From the UHGV virus genome UHGV-1472620: DNA of 39,677 nucleotides; one strand, given 5' to 3'. The DNA is from a virus. The notes beneath the pieces were generated by a model. It did no database searches. It was not told the origin of the DNA and saw only the letters and a list, made by a program, of their open reading frames with translations. Each line of letters begins with the position of its first letter. Position 1 is the stretch's first letter. The position numbers and the translations under genes are program-made. Of the stretch, positions 1 to 8,738 are shown in pieces.

Positions 1-17
1 AATCATTCCCACTCAAT
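1..17. repeat. attL core direct repeat AATCATTCCCACTCAAT
   Basis: Exact 17-nt identity with 39661-39677; may extend beyond the window edge. Confidence 0.8.
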
Positions 18-127
18 TATTTACGGATACCATAACCAATTGAGTGATAACATTTTTCCAAAGATGAATTTTTCTCGTACCGTTTTATATACCGTCACCG
101 GAAATCAGTACCATGAAAAATGCCATG

Positions 128-610
128 CTATCTGGTCAGGGTGTCGTACTGTTTTTCGCAGACTCTTCCGGCTTCGGCTGCCCGGTCAGCATACTCTGCC
201 AGTTGTCTATTTCTCTCGAGAGATTTGCTGAACACGTCGGCAAGCAAAACTCCGGTGTCTGCGGCTGACGACCCAGCGCCGACAATGGCGTTATAGTGCC
301 TGAGCTGCTCACGGATGGCAACGAGCTGTTGCTGCAACCGGCCAGCGCGAGCGGCAGCATCAAGAGCATCATTGCGCGCCTGGTCGATCCTCTGCTGCGC
401 TTCACGTTCATTGATCGATTTCTCCTGTTCGTAGTGCTGACGAATTCTCTCATCTTCGGTTTTGCGGTCTTCTTTCGCCTGTGCATACCCAGCGTCGTAC
501 TGACGACTGCCGTGCACATTCCAGGCAACAACTCCTGATATGACCAGAACAGCAAGCACCGCCATGATAATCAACTGTTTACGGTATGCTTTTACGAATG
601 ACCAGATCAT
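128..610 (-). CDS. Rz-like i-spanin
   Basis: N-terminal TM helix then charged coiled-coil region; last gene of lysis cassette; ATGA start overlap with endolysin stop. Confidence 0.6.
   Translation of the reverse strand: MIWSFVKAYRKQLIIMAVLAVLVISGVVAWNVHGSRQYDAGYAQAKEDRKTEDERIRQHYEQEKSINEREAQQRIDQARNDALDAAARAGRLQQQLVAIREQLRHYNAIVGAGSSAADTGVLLADVFSKSLERNRQLAEYADRAAEAGRVCEKQYDTLTR
136..411 (-). CDS. Rz1-like o-spanin lipoprotein embedded in Rz in another frame
   Basis: Alternate-frame ORF inside Rz with basic n-region, hydrophobic core and lipobox LAGC ([26 protein letters not shown]); start codon uncertain. Confidence 0.5.
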   Translation of the reverse strand: MNVKRSRGSTRRAMMLLMLPLALAGCSNSSLPSVSSSGTITPLSALGRQPQTPEFCLPTCSANLSREIDNWQSMLTGQPKPEESAKNSTTP

Positions 611-1236
611 ACAGCCAGCACCTTACTGGCAGTGACGTACCGCGCGCGCCGGTCGTCGATGCCATTCCTGCCACCATTGATAATCAGAGTTACACGTGCA
701 ATATCGCCGGTATACTTCATGCAACCTTTGCTGGAGAAGAACCACGCCGCGCTACGAGCCGCGTATTCGTCCTGCGCCAACAGTTCAGGATTCTCCAGCA
801 GGTCCACTTTCAGGCCGTTTCCGCAATCACGATAGTTATTCAAACCGGTAATCTGGATAAGTCCGCGGCCACGGTAATTCCAGCCATCGCCGGGGGCATT
901 GTTCCCCATGCGTTTGCTGTACACCAGATTGGCAATCGCTCGCTGGCGCTCGAGTGGCAATGGTGGTTCACCAGCATGGCGACCCAGTGCATTAGCCTGC
1001 CCCTGAGTGAGACGCCCAGCCCGAACGAAGTTAGCCAGTCCGCTGACACTGTAGTTGAAATTCTCCTGCAACCTGGTGAAGCCCCCAGACTCATGCCCGA
1101 CTTGAGCAATAAACATTGCCTGATCTTCTGCTTTGCTGATACCAAACTCTTTCATCGCAGAAGTTATATGCGAGAACCAGCGTGCGGCCAGCGCCTCGCT
1201 AATACCAGCAGCTCGCTGGAATTGTTTAATCTCCAT
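607..1236 (-). CDS. Endolysin, glycoside hydrolase family 19 (chitinase-like) fold
   Basis: Motifs [23 protein letters not shown] and AARSAAWFF match GH19 signatures; ATG at 1236 is the internal Met of the 286-aa track ORF. Confidence 0.85.
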   Translation of the reverse strand: MEIKQFQRAAGISEALAARWFSHITSAMKEFGISKAEDQAMFIAQVGHESGGFTRLQENFNYSVSGLANFVRAGRLTQGQANALGRHAGEPPLPLERQRAIANLVYSKRMGNNAPGDGWNYRGRGLIQITGLNNYRDCGNGLKVDLLENPELLAQDEYAARSAAWFFSSKGCMKYTGDIARVTLIINGGRNGIDDRRARYVTASKVLAV

Positions 1237-1534
1237 GTTTAGACCTCGATATTTTGAAAATCTGAACAACGTTACCGCGTGTTTTAATAACCGCGGCAAG
1301 CATGACAGCGTTGATAATGACCTCAGATAAATCCACAGCCATTGGCGTGCGTAACCAGATTGCATAGACGACACGAACAGGCATACTGGCCGCAGCAACA
1401 ATAAGGAAATAAGCAAGCCACCCTCCCCATCTTCGATGTTGAGAGCCGTTACGCCGGAATGTGACAACGCGAATTGCTATGCCAGTACAAATAACTGCAT
1501 TGGTGATAAGCAAAAAAAACTCATGCGTTACCAT
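1226..1534 (-). CDS. Holin-like membrane protein
   Basis: About 100 aa with three hydrophobic segments, immediately upstream of endolysin. Confidence 0.5.
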   Translation of the reverse strand: MVTHEFFLLITNAVICTGIAIRVVTFRRNGSQHRRWGGWLAYFLIVAAASMPVRVVYAIWLRTPMAVDLSEVIINAVMLAAVIKTRGNVVQIFKISRSKHGD

Positions 1535-1934
1535 CGTCTTTTCTCCCCGGAATTAAATCGCGTGGATTGTCTGAACGGTGGTAGAGCCATATACCAATAC
1601 GCACAGCGACAATTGCTGACACGAATGCGCCAGCAGAGAAAACAATCCCTTTTTCAAAAGAGTCCTGCGTGATGGTAGGGATCAGGCTGGCTATGCCGAT
1701 AAGAATTGATGCTGCTGGTTTGTAGAAAAGAAGTCCACAGAGAAAGCTAAGCATCGATAAGAGTACGCGACGATGAATTGGGTACTCTACCGCAGAGGTA
1801 ACAAAAATTACCGCACCAGCAAGAGCACCGAGCGCCACCTCTGGCGGAACGCCTACGATAACTGCAGCAAGAGAGCTCACACTAAGCCATTGATTTAAAG
1901 AATCAGTAGTTAGATGGGCTGACATAATGAACAC
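1521..1934 (-). CDS. Small multi-TM membrane protein (second holin or antiholin candidate)
   Basis: 137 aa, several hydrophobic helices, first gene of lysis cassette. Confidence 0.4.
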   Translation of the reverse strand: MFIMSAHLTTDSLNQWLSVSSLAAVIVGVPPEVALGALAGAVIFVTSAVEYPIHRRVLLSMLSFLCGLLFYKPAASILIGIASLIPTITQDSFEKGIVFSAGAFVSAIVAVRIGIWLYHRSDNPRDLIPGRKDDGNA

Positions 1935-2154
1935 CGTTTATTACACATAACAATCTCCTTACTATTGAAGATTCACACATAATAAACCATTTAAGGATAA
2001 TAGTTACCTCAAAACGCTGTATTTCTACCTTCTACGGCAATGAAAATTTCGTTCAGAAAATGGTCTAGTGTACCTCTCAGTCACAATTAAAGAAGAAAGA
2101 AGCCGAACTTACTTCGTAATAAGCAAGCCGGCTACTAAGATTAATCCTCAATAT

Positions 2155-4911
2155 TTAGCTACTTTCAAGCATTGCAAGACGTGATTCTATTTTTTCGATT
2201 CTTCTACGCAAATAAGCTGACTCAAGCCATAAACACTGGTCAGTACGGATACCCCACCTATTTCCAGCCTTGCAAACCAGAGTTCGCTCTTCTGTTTCGT
2301 ATTCTTCTTCCATCTCAATTTCGACGCCATCCACAACTTTAGTGATCATCCTTACCGCCATCACTGGCGCGTATTTATCATCCCATTCATCGTAACAGAG
2401 AAGGCCAAATCTGGTTCCATCAATCCCATGCGCGAGGAAAGTGTCTCTCACTTGTTGTGCTATAACACCAAAATGCCAGCGGGCACCATCTCCCTTTTCC
2501 CTGACGGCATCAAGCCAGCGAAAAGCTACAATCCTGATATCTCCCCATGCATCCAGAATTGCATCACCTTCATAACCACGAGACATATACAAGCTGAGCT
2601 CACTTGTACTAATCGGTTCACTTTTTTCTCTACCATCTGATGTGTTTATCGAACCGTTCGCAGAATAAACCTGTGCCCATCTAAATGATGGTGCACCAAG
2701 AGATTTGCTGTTATCAATAATTGGTGAAAAATTACCTTTAATGGCAATATTTCCAGAGTCGCCGAATACATTAATAACTGCAGAGTCATCACCATGGTTT
2801 TTTACGCTTAAGTTTCTTGATGAAATATTTATATCTTTGTTATATCCACTAACATTAATCCATCTTTTACCATCAGTGTGATACCCGTAAATATTTCCGT
2901 CTGATTGTTCGTCAGGTGACTCTCTAAGAACAATAGCATCTGCTCCAGACGACCATTGTATTTTTGTATCTGTAGGCCTCCAGTTCTTTATAATGAACGA
3001 ACCATCAGTAAACTCCGTTTTTATTTGTCTATTGTCTACAAATGCGTCTCTTGGTTTAAACTCACTTGTGTTAACGCTGCTCTGAAGATCAGAAGCAAAA
3101 AATCTAAGATTTCCTGTATAACCCTGAGTCTCGGTCAGGTTATACGCAATCATAATTCCATTTTCAAACTCAGATGATGTTATTTTAACATCACGGCAAT
3201 CACCAAAAATGCAATTTCCTTTATCAAAGGTTGTTTGAGCTTTGAATTTATCAAACCTTAAATTACGAACAGGGAAACCATCAACCTCTAATGCAAAGGA
3301 TGCAGGAAGGCCAAAGTATTCTGATGGCTTACCTGATGTATGATCAAGAGTAGTGGCTACTGTATTCTCAAAAACAGTCCCGCTAAAATTATTACCAATT
3401 GACGGAAACCTGATTACACTTATTGTACCTTGTATTTCAGGAGAAATACCAGATAGTGTGATGTTAGTTCCATCAAATGATGCATCTGAATACGTATATA
3501 CTGATTCACTGCCAGCAATTTTAAACTGTTTAACTGAAGTTATTCTCATCGACTTTTTATGTTTAAATGTCACTGAGCTTTCAGTATTACTTACAAGATC
3601 AATCTGAGGGCTATTCCTTATCGCGATCCCTGACTGGACATAAACGTTATTAAAGTGCGTTTTTTCAGGATTTCCCTTCATTGAAAGGCTCCCGTCATTT
3701 TCTGTCAGTAGTAGTCCTTTTACCCTCCAATAGCCGACAATCTGTACGTTATCAATAACTGAATCACAGCTATCGTATACATGCAACCCTATATCCCAGT
3801 CATCACCCAATGAATAAGAATCAGGGTTATTGTATCCTTCAATACCATTTTTACTTACCATTATTCTCAGGTTGCGTAACTGTGATGCCCTGTTGATACT
3901 AACAGCTACGCTCATGGCTTTTGGTGTAGCAGGAGTAACACCTACAGAATCTTCATTTGTAAACTCAGTGAACTTACAAGATATCCCTTCAACAATTTTA
4001 ACTGGTCTTTCATTAGAGATGTTAAAAAAATATTTGTTTTTTTCTCCATCACCAGTAAATACAAGATGGGTTCCTTTACTCCAACTTTTTAATAATCTTT
4101 CAGGCGCTGGTCTATATGTATCCCAATAATCAATGCCATCACCAATTAATGACACTCCAGGAGGCACATCTATGTTCTTAGAAATCATCCATTTACCTGC
4201 AGGTATTCTAACGACACTTGCACCAGAATTTATCGCATTAATTAACCATTCAGACGCATCAACTTCAAAATTTAATGCAGCATATCTTTGCTCAAACGGA
4301 ACAAAATCAAGAGCGTTAACGTTATCCCGCATCTTATCCTGGAACGTTCGGTATACTGCTCCAGAACCATACTGAATAAACCAACCAAAACCACCAACAA
4401 CTCCGGCGATTGCAGCATCAACATAATTGCGCATTGATCGATTATTTACAGCATCCTGCTCAAATGATGGATCTGCAAGGTTAGAAATTTTGTTTTGCTT
4501 TGCATCGTAATATTTTGCAAGCAAAGATGGTTTCATCAATGCACGTCTGAACCACCCAAAACATTGCTGGATCAGCATCGTCAGGTAGTCAAAGGCATCT
4601 TCATGCACTTCGGGGAAAAATTTTCCCTGATTGCGAAGGTCTGTCTCCTGCACTACATCAAGCACACGATCTATCGTAATTCGCCATCCAGTAGCAAGCG
4701 GAGACGGAAGAACCACAGAACCGCCACTATAAGTGCCCGCCCCAGTTACCGTATAACCGGTATCCAGAACCAATTCTGTTACGTTTCCGTTCAGATCAGA
4801 CACCTGAACAACCAGGTCTGATTTTCTGAAAATTCGAAAAGTATACGGAAACGATGTCGTAACGCCGTTACCGGTGTATTCGTTGTGGTCAACTTCGGTT
4901 GAGACCGTCAT
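2155..4911 (-). CDS. Tailspike / tail fibre with C-terminal intramolecular chaperone (peptidase S74-like) domain
   Basis: 918 aa; C-terminal SDGREKSEPI ... HFGVIAQQV pattern typical of self-cleaving chaperone domains; AT-rich central region. Confidence 0.8.
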   Translation of the reverse strand: MTVSTEVDHNEYTGNGVTTSFPYTFRIFRKSDLVVQVSDLNGNVTELVLDTGYTVTGAGTYSGGSVVLPSPLATGWRITIDRVLDVVQETDLRNQGKFFPEVHEDAFDYLTMLIQQCFGWFRRALMKPSLLAKYYDAKQNKISNLADPSFEQDAVNNRSMRNYVDAAIAGVVGGFGWFIQYGSGAVYRTFQDKMRDNVNALDFVPFEQRYAALNFEVDASEWLINAINSGASVVRIPAGKWMISKNIDVPPGVSLIGDGIDYWDTYRPAPERLLKSWSKGTHLVFTGDGEKNKYFFNISNERPVKIVEGISCKFTEFTNEDSVGVTPATPKAMSVAVSINRASQLRNLRIMVSKNGIEGYNNPDSYSLGDDWDIGLHVYDSCDSVIDNVQIVGYWRVKGLLLTENDGSLSMKGNPEKTHFNNVYVQSGIAIRNSPQIDLVSNTESSVTFKHKKSMRITSVKQFKIAGSESVYTYSDASFDGTNITLSGISPEIQGTISVIRFPSIGNNFSGTVFENTVATTLDHTSGKPSEYFGLPASFALEVDGFPVRNLRFDKFKAQTTFDKGNCIFGDCRDVKITSSEFENGIMIAYNLTETQGYTGNLRFFASDLQSSVNTSEFKPRDAFVDNRQIKTEFTDGSFIIKNWRPTDTKIQWSSGADAIVLRESPDEQSDGNIYGYHTDGKRWINVSGYNKDINISSRNLSVKNHGDDSAVINVFGDSGNIAIKGNFSPIIDNSKSLGAPSFRWAQVYSANGSINTSDGREKSEPISTSELSLYMSRGYEGDAILDAWGDIRIVAFRWLDAVREKGDGARWHFGVIAQQVRDTFLAHGIDGTRFGLLCYDEWDDKYAPVMAVRMITKVVDGVEIEMEEEYETEERTLVCKAGNRWGIRTDQCLWLESAYLRRRIEKIESRLAMLESS

Positions 4912-5015
4912 GTTAAATCTCCAGATAGTCGCAGCACCCGTTGCGCCGCATATCTGGTTATTCTATTACCTGGAAAACCACATATGGATAGAAAGGCTGT
5001 AAATACGAATAGATA

Positions 5016-5030
5016 TTACCTTTCAGGTAA
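5016..5030. promoter_or_regulatory. Operator-like palindrome TTACC-N5-GGTAA
   Basis: TTACCTTTCAGGTAA, about 75 bp upstream of ATG 5107. Confidence 0.55.
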
Positions 5031-5106
5031 TTTGCAAAACGTGCTGGATAGCAAACAAATTATTTGCTACTGTATAAATATACAGTTATTGCATGGAGAA
5101 GATAAG

Positions 5107-5364
5107 ATGCAGCGGTATCACTATCCACTGGAAGACGGATTTACCGAAAGGATTCACACGCCGGGAGGCGTCAGGTCACTGGTGGAGGGATCGCACTTGA
5201 TGAAATTACTCCGGGATCTCGATAAGGATGGATTTAATGTCGATGGCCCACTTGCCGAACTGACTGCACTGATTAACTACGTCACCAGCTCACAGATGTC
5301 TATGCAGGATCTGCAAACACATCTCGACTATTGTGCCGAACAATTACGAAAACAAACCACATAA
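5107..5364 (+). CDS. Stand-alone paralog of the antirepressor C-terminal domain
   Basis: RIHTPGGVRSLVEGSHLMKLLRDLDKDGFNVDGPLAELTALINY...DLQTHLDY aligns with C-terminus of Bro-N protein 6819-7511; start chosen downstream of the operator. Confidence 0.5.
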   Translation: MQRYHYPLEDGFTERIHTPGGVRSLVEGSHLMKLLRDLDKDGFNVDGPLAELTALINYVTSSQMSMQDLQTHLDYCAEQLRKQTT

Positions 5365-5370
5365 AGAAAA

Positions 5371-5386
5371 GGCCGCGAAAGCGGCC
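5371..5386. terminator. Hairpin GGCCGCGAAAGCGGCC between convergent genes
   Basis: Perfect 6-bp GC stem with GAAA loop between stops at 5364 and 5388; identical hairpin at 8716-8731. Confidence 0.55.
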
Positions 5387-5387
5387 A

Positions 5388-5894
5388 TTAACAGTCGTAA
5401 AATTCTGGGTCCCACAAACTTGCATCGCGCGGCATGGATTCTAACTTTTTCAGCCGCAAAATTCTGTCACACTCGACAACTAATTTTTGCTTCTGCTCGT
5501 CAATTTCTACTGTCTTATGCGCTGGTTCATCCCAATAATCCAGAAGGAAGGCATGGCGTTCAGATGTGACCAGATAAATCACATACACGTCACTGGTTGG
5601 GATCTTTTTATGCTTGTTAGTGGTCTTGTCTTTCTTCCCAGACGCCCAGTTTTTCCAGCATTGTTCCGTACCGCTCTCACCAAACTTGTCAGTATAGTTT
5701 CCGATGTTTAAGTGAACGTGGCGTATGTGATATTCCAGCATCTCTTTCGGTGGATCTCGAAACAGAGTGTCCTTTCCGAAATCCTTATGATGACCGTAGC
5801 GCCAGTGATCTATGAACGCGTTTTTGATAGGTATTAGCTCAGGGTCCTTCCCAAAAATTCCAGGGTGAACCAACCCCTGGAATTTATTCGGCAT
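5388..5894 (-). CDS. Toxin-like protein A, paralog of 7954-8466 (possible YafO-like family)
   Basis: Shares HWRxGHH, GKDTLF, VHxNIG, CTEQCW and YWDxPAH motifs with protein B; ATG overlaps upstream partner stop by 11 nt. Confidence 0.6.
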   Translation of the reverse strand: MPNKFQGLVHPGIFGKDPELIPIKNAFIDHWRYGHHKDFGKDTLFRDPPKEMLEYHIRHVHLNIGNYTDKFGESGTEQCWKNWASGKKDKTTNKHKKIPTSDVYVIYLVTSERHAFLLDYWDEPAHKTVEIDEQKQKLVVECDRILRLKKLESMPRDASLWDPEFYDC

Positions 5895-6399
5895 CGTCGT
5901 AGAGCTCCTGAGCCATGTCTTCAGCAGTGCGTGCAAACATCCTTCGAGAAATTGCATGCGATTTTTCAACAGACATCTTTGGTACTTCTCGCATTACAAC
6001 CTCATGTGACGCTGTAGGCTTAAAAGATGACTTATAATACCGCTTTATCATCTCAACTAATTGCTGCTTATCCTTGGAGCGTCCAGTTTCGATTAGCCTT
6101 GACTCGTAAGGTCGCATTATATTCGTTTGACATGAGGCACGATGAAGCTTATCTGCCAAGATTCCTTCAAAAGATGTGCCCCGGATTTTTAACAATGCCT
6201 CATGCTGGTCGTATTCAGTGATGAACATAACCGGGTATTTTTGCTCAACTTCTTCATCATGAATCCTGATGGCATTGGCAGTTGCTATGGCAGCAGCATA
6301 AGCGGCTGCTTCAATCACCATCTTTTTCTCTTTTTCTTTTTCAGACTTTTTCAAGGTCAAGCGTCTATGCCTCATCGCTGCAACTCTCTTCGTGTTCAT
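5884..6399 (-). CDS. Upstream partner of protein A (antitoxin-like), basic N-terminus and acidic C-terminus
   Basis: Overlaps A start; ends ELYDDAE; track ORF starts at TTG 6411, ATG at 6399 preferred. Confidence 0.5.
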   Translation of the reverse strand: MNTKRVAAMRHRRLTLKKSEKEKEKKMVIEAAAYAAAIATANAIRIHDEEVEQKYPVMFITEYDQHEALLKIRGTSFEGILADKLHRASCQTNIMRPYESRLIETGRSKDKQQLVEMIKRYYKSSFKPTASHEVVMREVPKMSVEKSHAISRRMFARTAEDMAQELYDDAE

Positions 6400-6536
6400 G
6401 GGCACCCCCAACTACCTCTAGGGTAAACATTCTATCGAAAGTATACGCATACTGGCAAAAAAATAGGCAGGCATTTTCTGAAATGGGATCAATCAAACCA
6501 CATAGGGTTGAAATAACGTGAGTTATGCATTTATTA

Positions 6537-6551
6537 TTACCTTTACGGTAA
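6537..6551. promoter_or_regulatory. Operator-like palindrome TTACC-N5-GGTAA
   Basis: TTACCTTTACGGTAA in divergent intergenic region between A' and Bro-N gene. Confidence 0.55.
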
Positions 6552-6818
6552 ATTTACATCGCACTCCTCTTGTGCCATAGTAATCGGGCACTGGCAAAAT
6601 CCAGTGCCGGGATTGGTCTCCCGGATTACTACAGAGGCACATATGCCGCATAAGCGGTTTTTTTATGTGTAAAGCGCACCTATTCTATGGTGGGCTGTGT
6701 GGGGGCACCGAAAGGTGCGCCGGGTTCCTTTGTAGCCGGTAAGACCAACTCTGCACAGTTCACCACCATCTGATTGGTCTCAGCGGTGGTGATTAACCTA
6801 ACTACAAAGGTGATCGCC

Positions 6819-7511
6819 ATGAATACCAAACCTTCCATCTTTTCCTTTGAGTCATCCTGCCAGATCCGTATGTTCATGATTGACGGAGAACCTTGGTTTG
6901 TCACCAAAGATGTGTGCAATGCTTTGAATATTGATGTTACACAAGCGAGAAAACTTGATAAAAAAGGCTGGAACAAAAAGGGGCTGTATTCAATACAGAC
7001 CCCTGGTGGAATACAAGAACTATCCATCGTTTCAGAATCAGGTCTCTACATCCTTATTCTGCGTTGCAAAGAGGCAATGACTGAGGGAACGAGAGCATTC
7101 AGATTTCTTGAATGGGTTACAGGTGAGGTTCTTCCTCAGATCCGCCGCACCGGAAGTTACATTAAAAACTCGCTCCCGCAGGAAGAACGCATAAAGATGG
7201 TTGCCGACCAGGTAGCCAACGCCACGGCGTCAGCAGTGATGCAGGCAATGAAGATAGAGAACAAAACCTACAGTGCCCCGCTGAAGCCCGGCTACCGCAG
7301 TCTGATTCATTCTCCGTCTGGTGTTCTCGGCCTGACGGAGAACTCACTGCTGATGAATCTGCTGAACCAGTTGCAGGACGACGGGCATGATGTATCGGGC
7401 GCGGCGGCGGAACTGACCACCATGTTCTGCTACATTGTCGGTGTGAGCAAATGCCTGCGTGATATCCAGACGCACGCGGAGTACATCAACGACAAGGCAG
7501 GGTTCTTCTGA
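6819..7511 (+). CDS. Antirepressor with N-terminal Bro-N domain
   Basis: N-terminal FESSCQIRMFMIDGEPWFVTKDVCNALNI ... SESGLYILILRCKE resembles Bro-N/Ant; AAGGTGA Shine-Dalgarno before ATG 6819. Confidence 0.75.
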   Translation: MNTKPSIFSFESSCQIRMFMIDGEPWFVTKDVCNALNIDVTQARKLDKKGWNKKGLYSIQTPGGIQELSIVSESGLYILILRCKEAMTEGTRAFRFLEWVTGEVLPQIRRTGSYIKNSLPQEERIKMVADQVANATASAVMQAMKIENKTYSAPLKPGYRSLIHSPSGVLGLTENSLLMNLLNQLQDDGHDVSGAAAELTTMFCYIVGVSKCLRDIQTHAEYINDKAGFF

Positions 7512-7583
7512 CGGGCGGTGGCACAGGGATGTGCCTTTAAATAATTCTGTACAGATTGCAGACCGGGGGTGAATAGCGTACTA

Positions 7584-7598
7584 TTACCTTAAAGGTAA
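7584..7598. promoter_or_regulatory. Operator-like palindrome TTACC-N5-GGTAA
   Basis: TTACCTTAAAGGTAA, 43 bp upstream of B' start. Confidence 0.55.
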
Positions 7599-7640
7599 AC
7601 CTGTTTTTATTTTATACCTGTAACTTACCGGAGATTAAAG

Positions 7641-7967
7641 ATGACAAAACTTGGATTCGTGATGAGAGGTCCGGTAAGAAGCGGAACTCATGCAAAGCGT
7701 AGCAAGAGTCGTATTTTTACTGGTAAGGTTGTAGCACGTAAATCAGCTATTGGCTCGTTCAATAGTGAAAATGCGGCATTGCGCCATATTTTTATCAGCA
7801 CAAAGCCAAGAGCATCCGCTGATGTGCATACAATGTCTATTCCTATCACAAAGAATATAAAGCGGATAAAAAAGCTCTCATCTGCAGAATCAAAAGAGAT
7901 ATCTTTCCGCCAGCTTAACTCATTAGAAACGCATATGAAGGAAGAGGAATTCGATGTTTTTGAGTGA
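7641..7967 (+). CDS. Upstream partner of protein B (antitoxin-like), basic N-terminus and acidic C-terminus
   Basis: 108 aa, ends KEEEFDVFE; stop overlaps B start by 14 nt; GGAG Shine-Dalgarno before ATG. Confidence 0.5.
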   Translation: MTKLGFVMRGPVRSGTHAKRSKSRIFTGKVVARKSAIGSFNSENAALRHIFISTKPRASADVHTMSIPITKNIKRIKKLSSAESKEISFRQLNSLETHMKEEEFDVFE

Positions 7968-8466
7968 GTATAGCGGGAAGGTTATACCTACTGGTGAGTT
8001 TAAAACTGATGACTTTCTGATTTCGCTAAAAGATGCTTTTAAACAACACTGGCGTCATGGTCATCATCCTGATCTGGGAAAAGATACTCTTTTTGAAAGA
8101 CCAGAGGAAGTATTAGGCTTCCATCTCAGAAAGGTTCATGTCAATATTGGTGAATATGCATCATATTCATACTCATGTACTGAACAGTGTTGGGATGAGT
8201 GGTCATATGGATTGATTGATGAACAAGGAAATTACAGGCCAAAACCAACCAGTAACGCATATCTCATATATGCAGTCAATGAAATAAGAGATGCAGCCTT
8301 ACTAGCTTATTGGGACCCGCCCGCACACACCAAAGCTAACGCAAAAGTTTGGATGGATTCCGTATTGAATTTCACAAAATTATTTCATGAACGAACGAAT
8401 ACAGCTCCACTTAGTAGAAATGTTTATCCGTGGGATTATTCGTACAAATCCAAAAAGCCTGCATAG
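7954..8466 (+). CDS. Toxin-like protein B, paralog of 5388-5894 (possible YafO-like family)
   Basis: Motifs shared with A (see above); strong GAAGGAAGAGGA Shine-Dalgarno; AT-rich coding region. Confidence 0.6.
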   Translation: MFLSEYSGKVIPTGEFKTDDFLISLKDAFKQHWRHGHHPDLGKDTLFERPEEVLGFHLRKVHVNIGEYASYSYSCTEQCWDEWSYGLIDEQGNYRPKPTSNAYLIYAVNEIRDAALLAYWDPPAHTKANAKVWMDSVLNFTKLFHERTNTAPLSRNVYPWDYSYKSKKPA

Positions 8467-8547
8467 TAGTTTTTTATGGACGAAACAAAAGTCAGTGCTA
8501 CACTCATTGACGCCACATTGAGGTGGTTTATAGATGGAAATTTCACA

Positions 8548-8709
8548 ATGAAAAAAGCATTTGCTGCACTGTTCGTTTTGTTGTCTCTGGTAGCTTCAAC
8601 TCAGGCCTTTGCCGGTCGTTGTCAGCACGACAGCGATACTGCCGCTGACGGCTCCCGCTGCGGTGGGCGTTCTGCGGATTCCCGCCCGGGCGGCGGTGGC
8701 ATTCGTTAA
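8548..8709 (+). CDS. Small secreted peptide (signal peptide plus about 30-aa Cys/Gly-rich mature part)
   Basis: MKKAFAALFVLLSLVASTQAFA signal-like N-terminus; track ORF begins at 8476 but signal peptide favours 8548; weak Shine-Dalgarno. Confidence 0.35.
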   Translation: MKKAFAALFVLLSLVASTQAFAGRCQHDSDTAADGSRCGGRSADSRPGGGGIR

Positions 8710-8715
8710 AAACAA

Positions 8716-8737
8716 GGCCGCGAAAGCGGCCTGTTTG
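8716..8737. terminator. Hairpin GGCCGCGAAAGCGGCC plus T-tract
   Basis: Same hairpin as 5371-5386, followed by TGTTTG; sits between convergent stops 8709 and 8739. Confidence 0.6.
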
Positions 8738-8738
8738 A

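Noticed and set aside
40-1242. Plus-strand ORFs 40-231, 296-538, 586-1242 and 632-835
   Set aside because: Antisense to the well-supported lysis genes (Rz, endolysin); no ribosome-binding sites; typical shadow ORFs.
6680-7027. Minus-strand ORF antisense to the antirepressor gene
   Set aside because: Overlaps the Bro-N coding region and promoter; the Bro-N reading frame has recognisable domain motifs.
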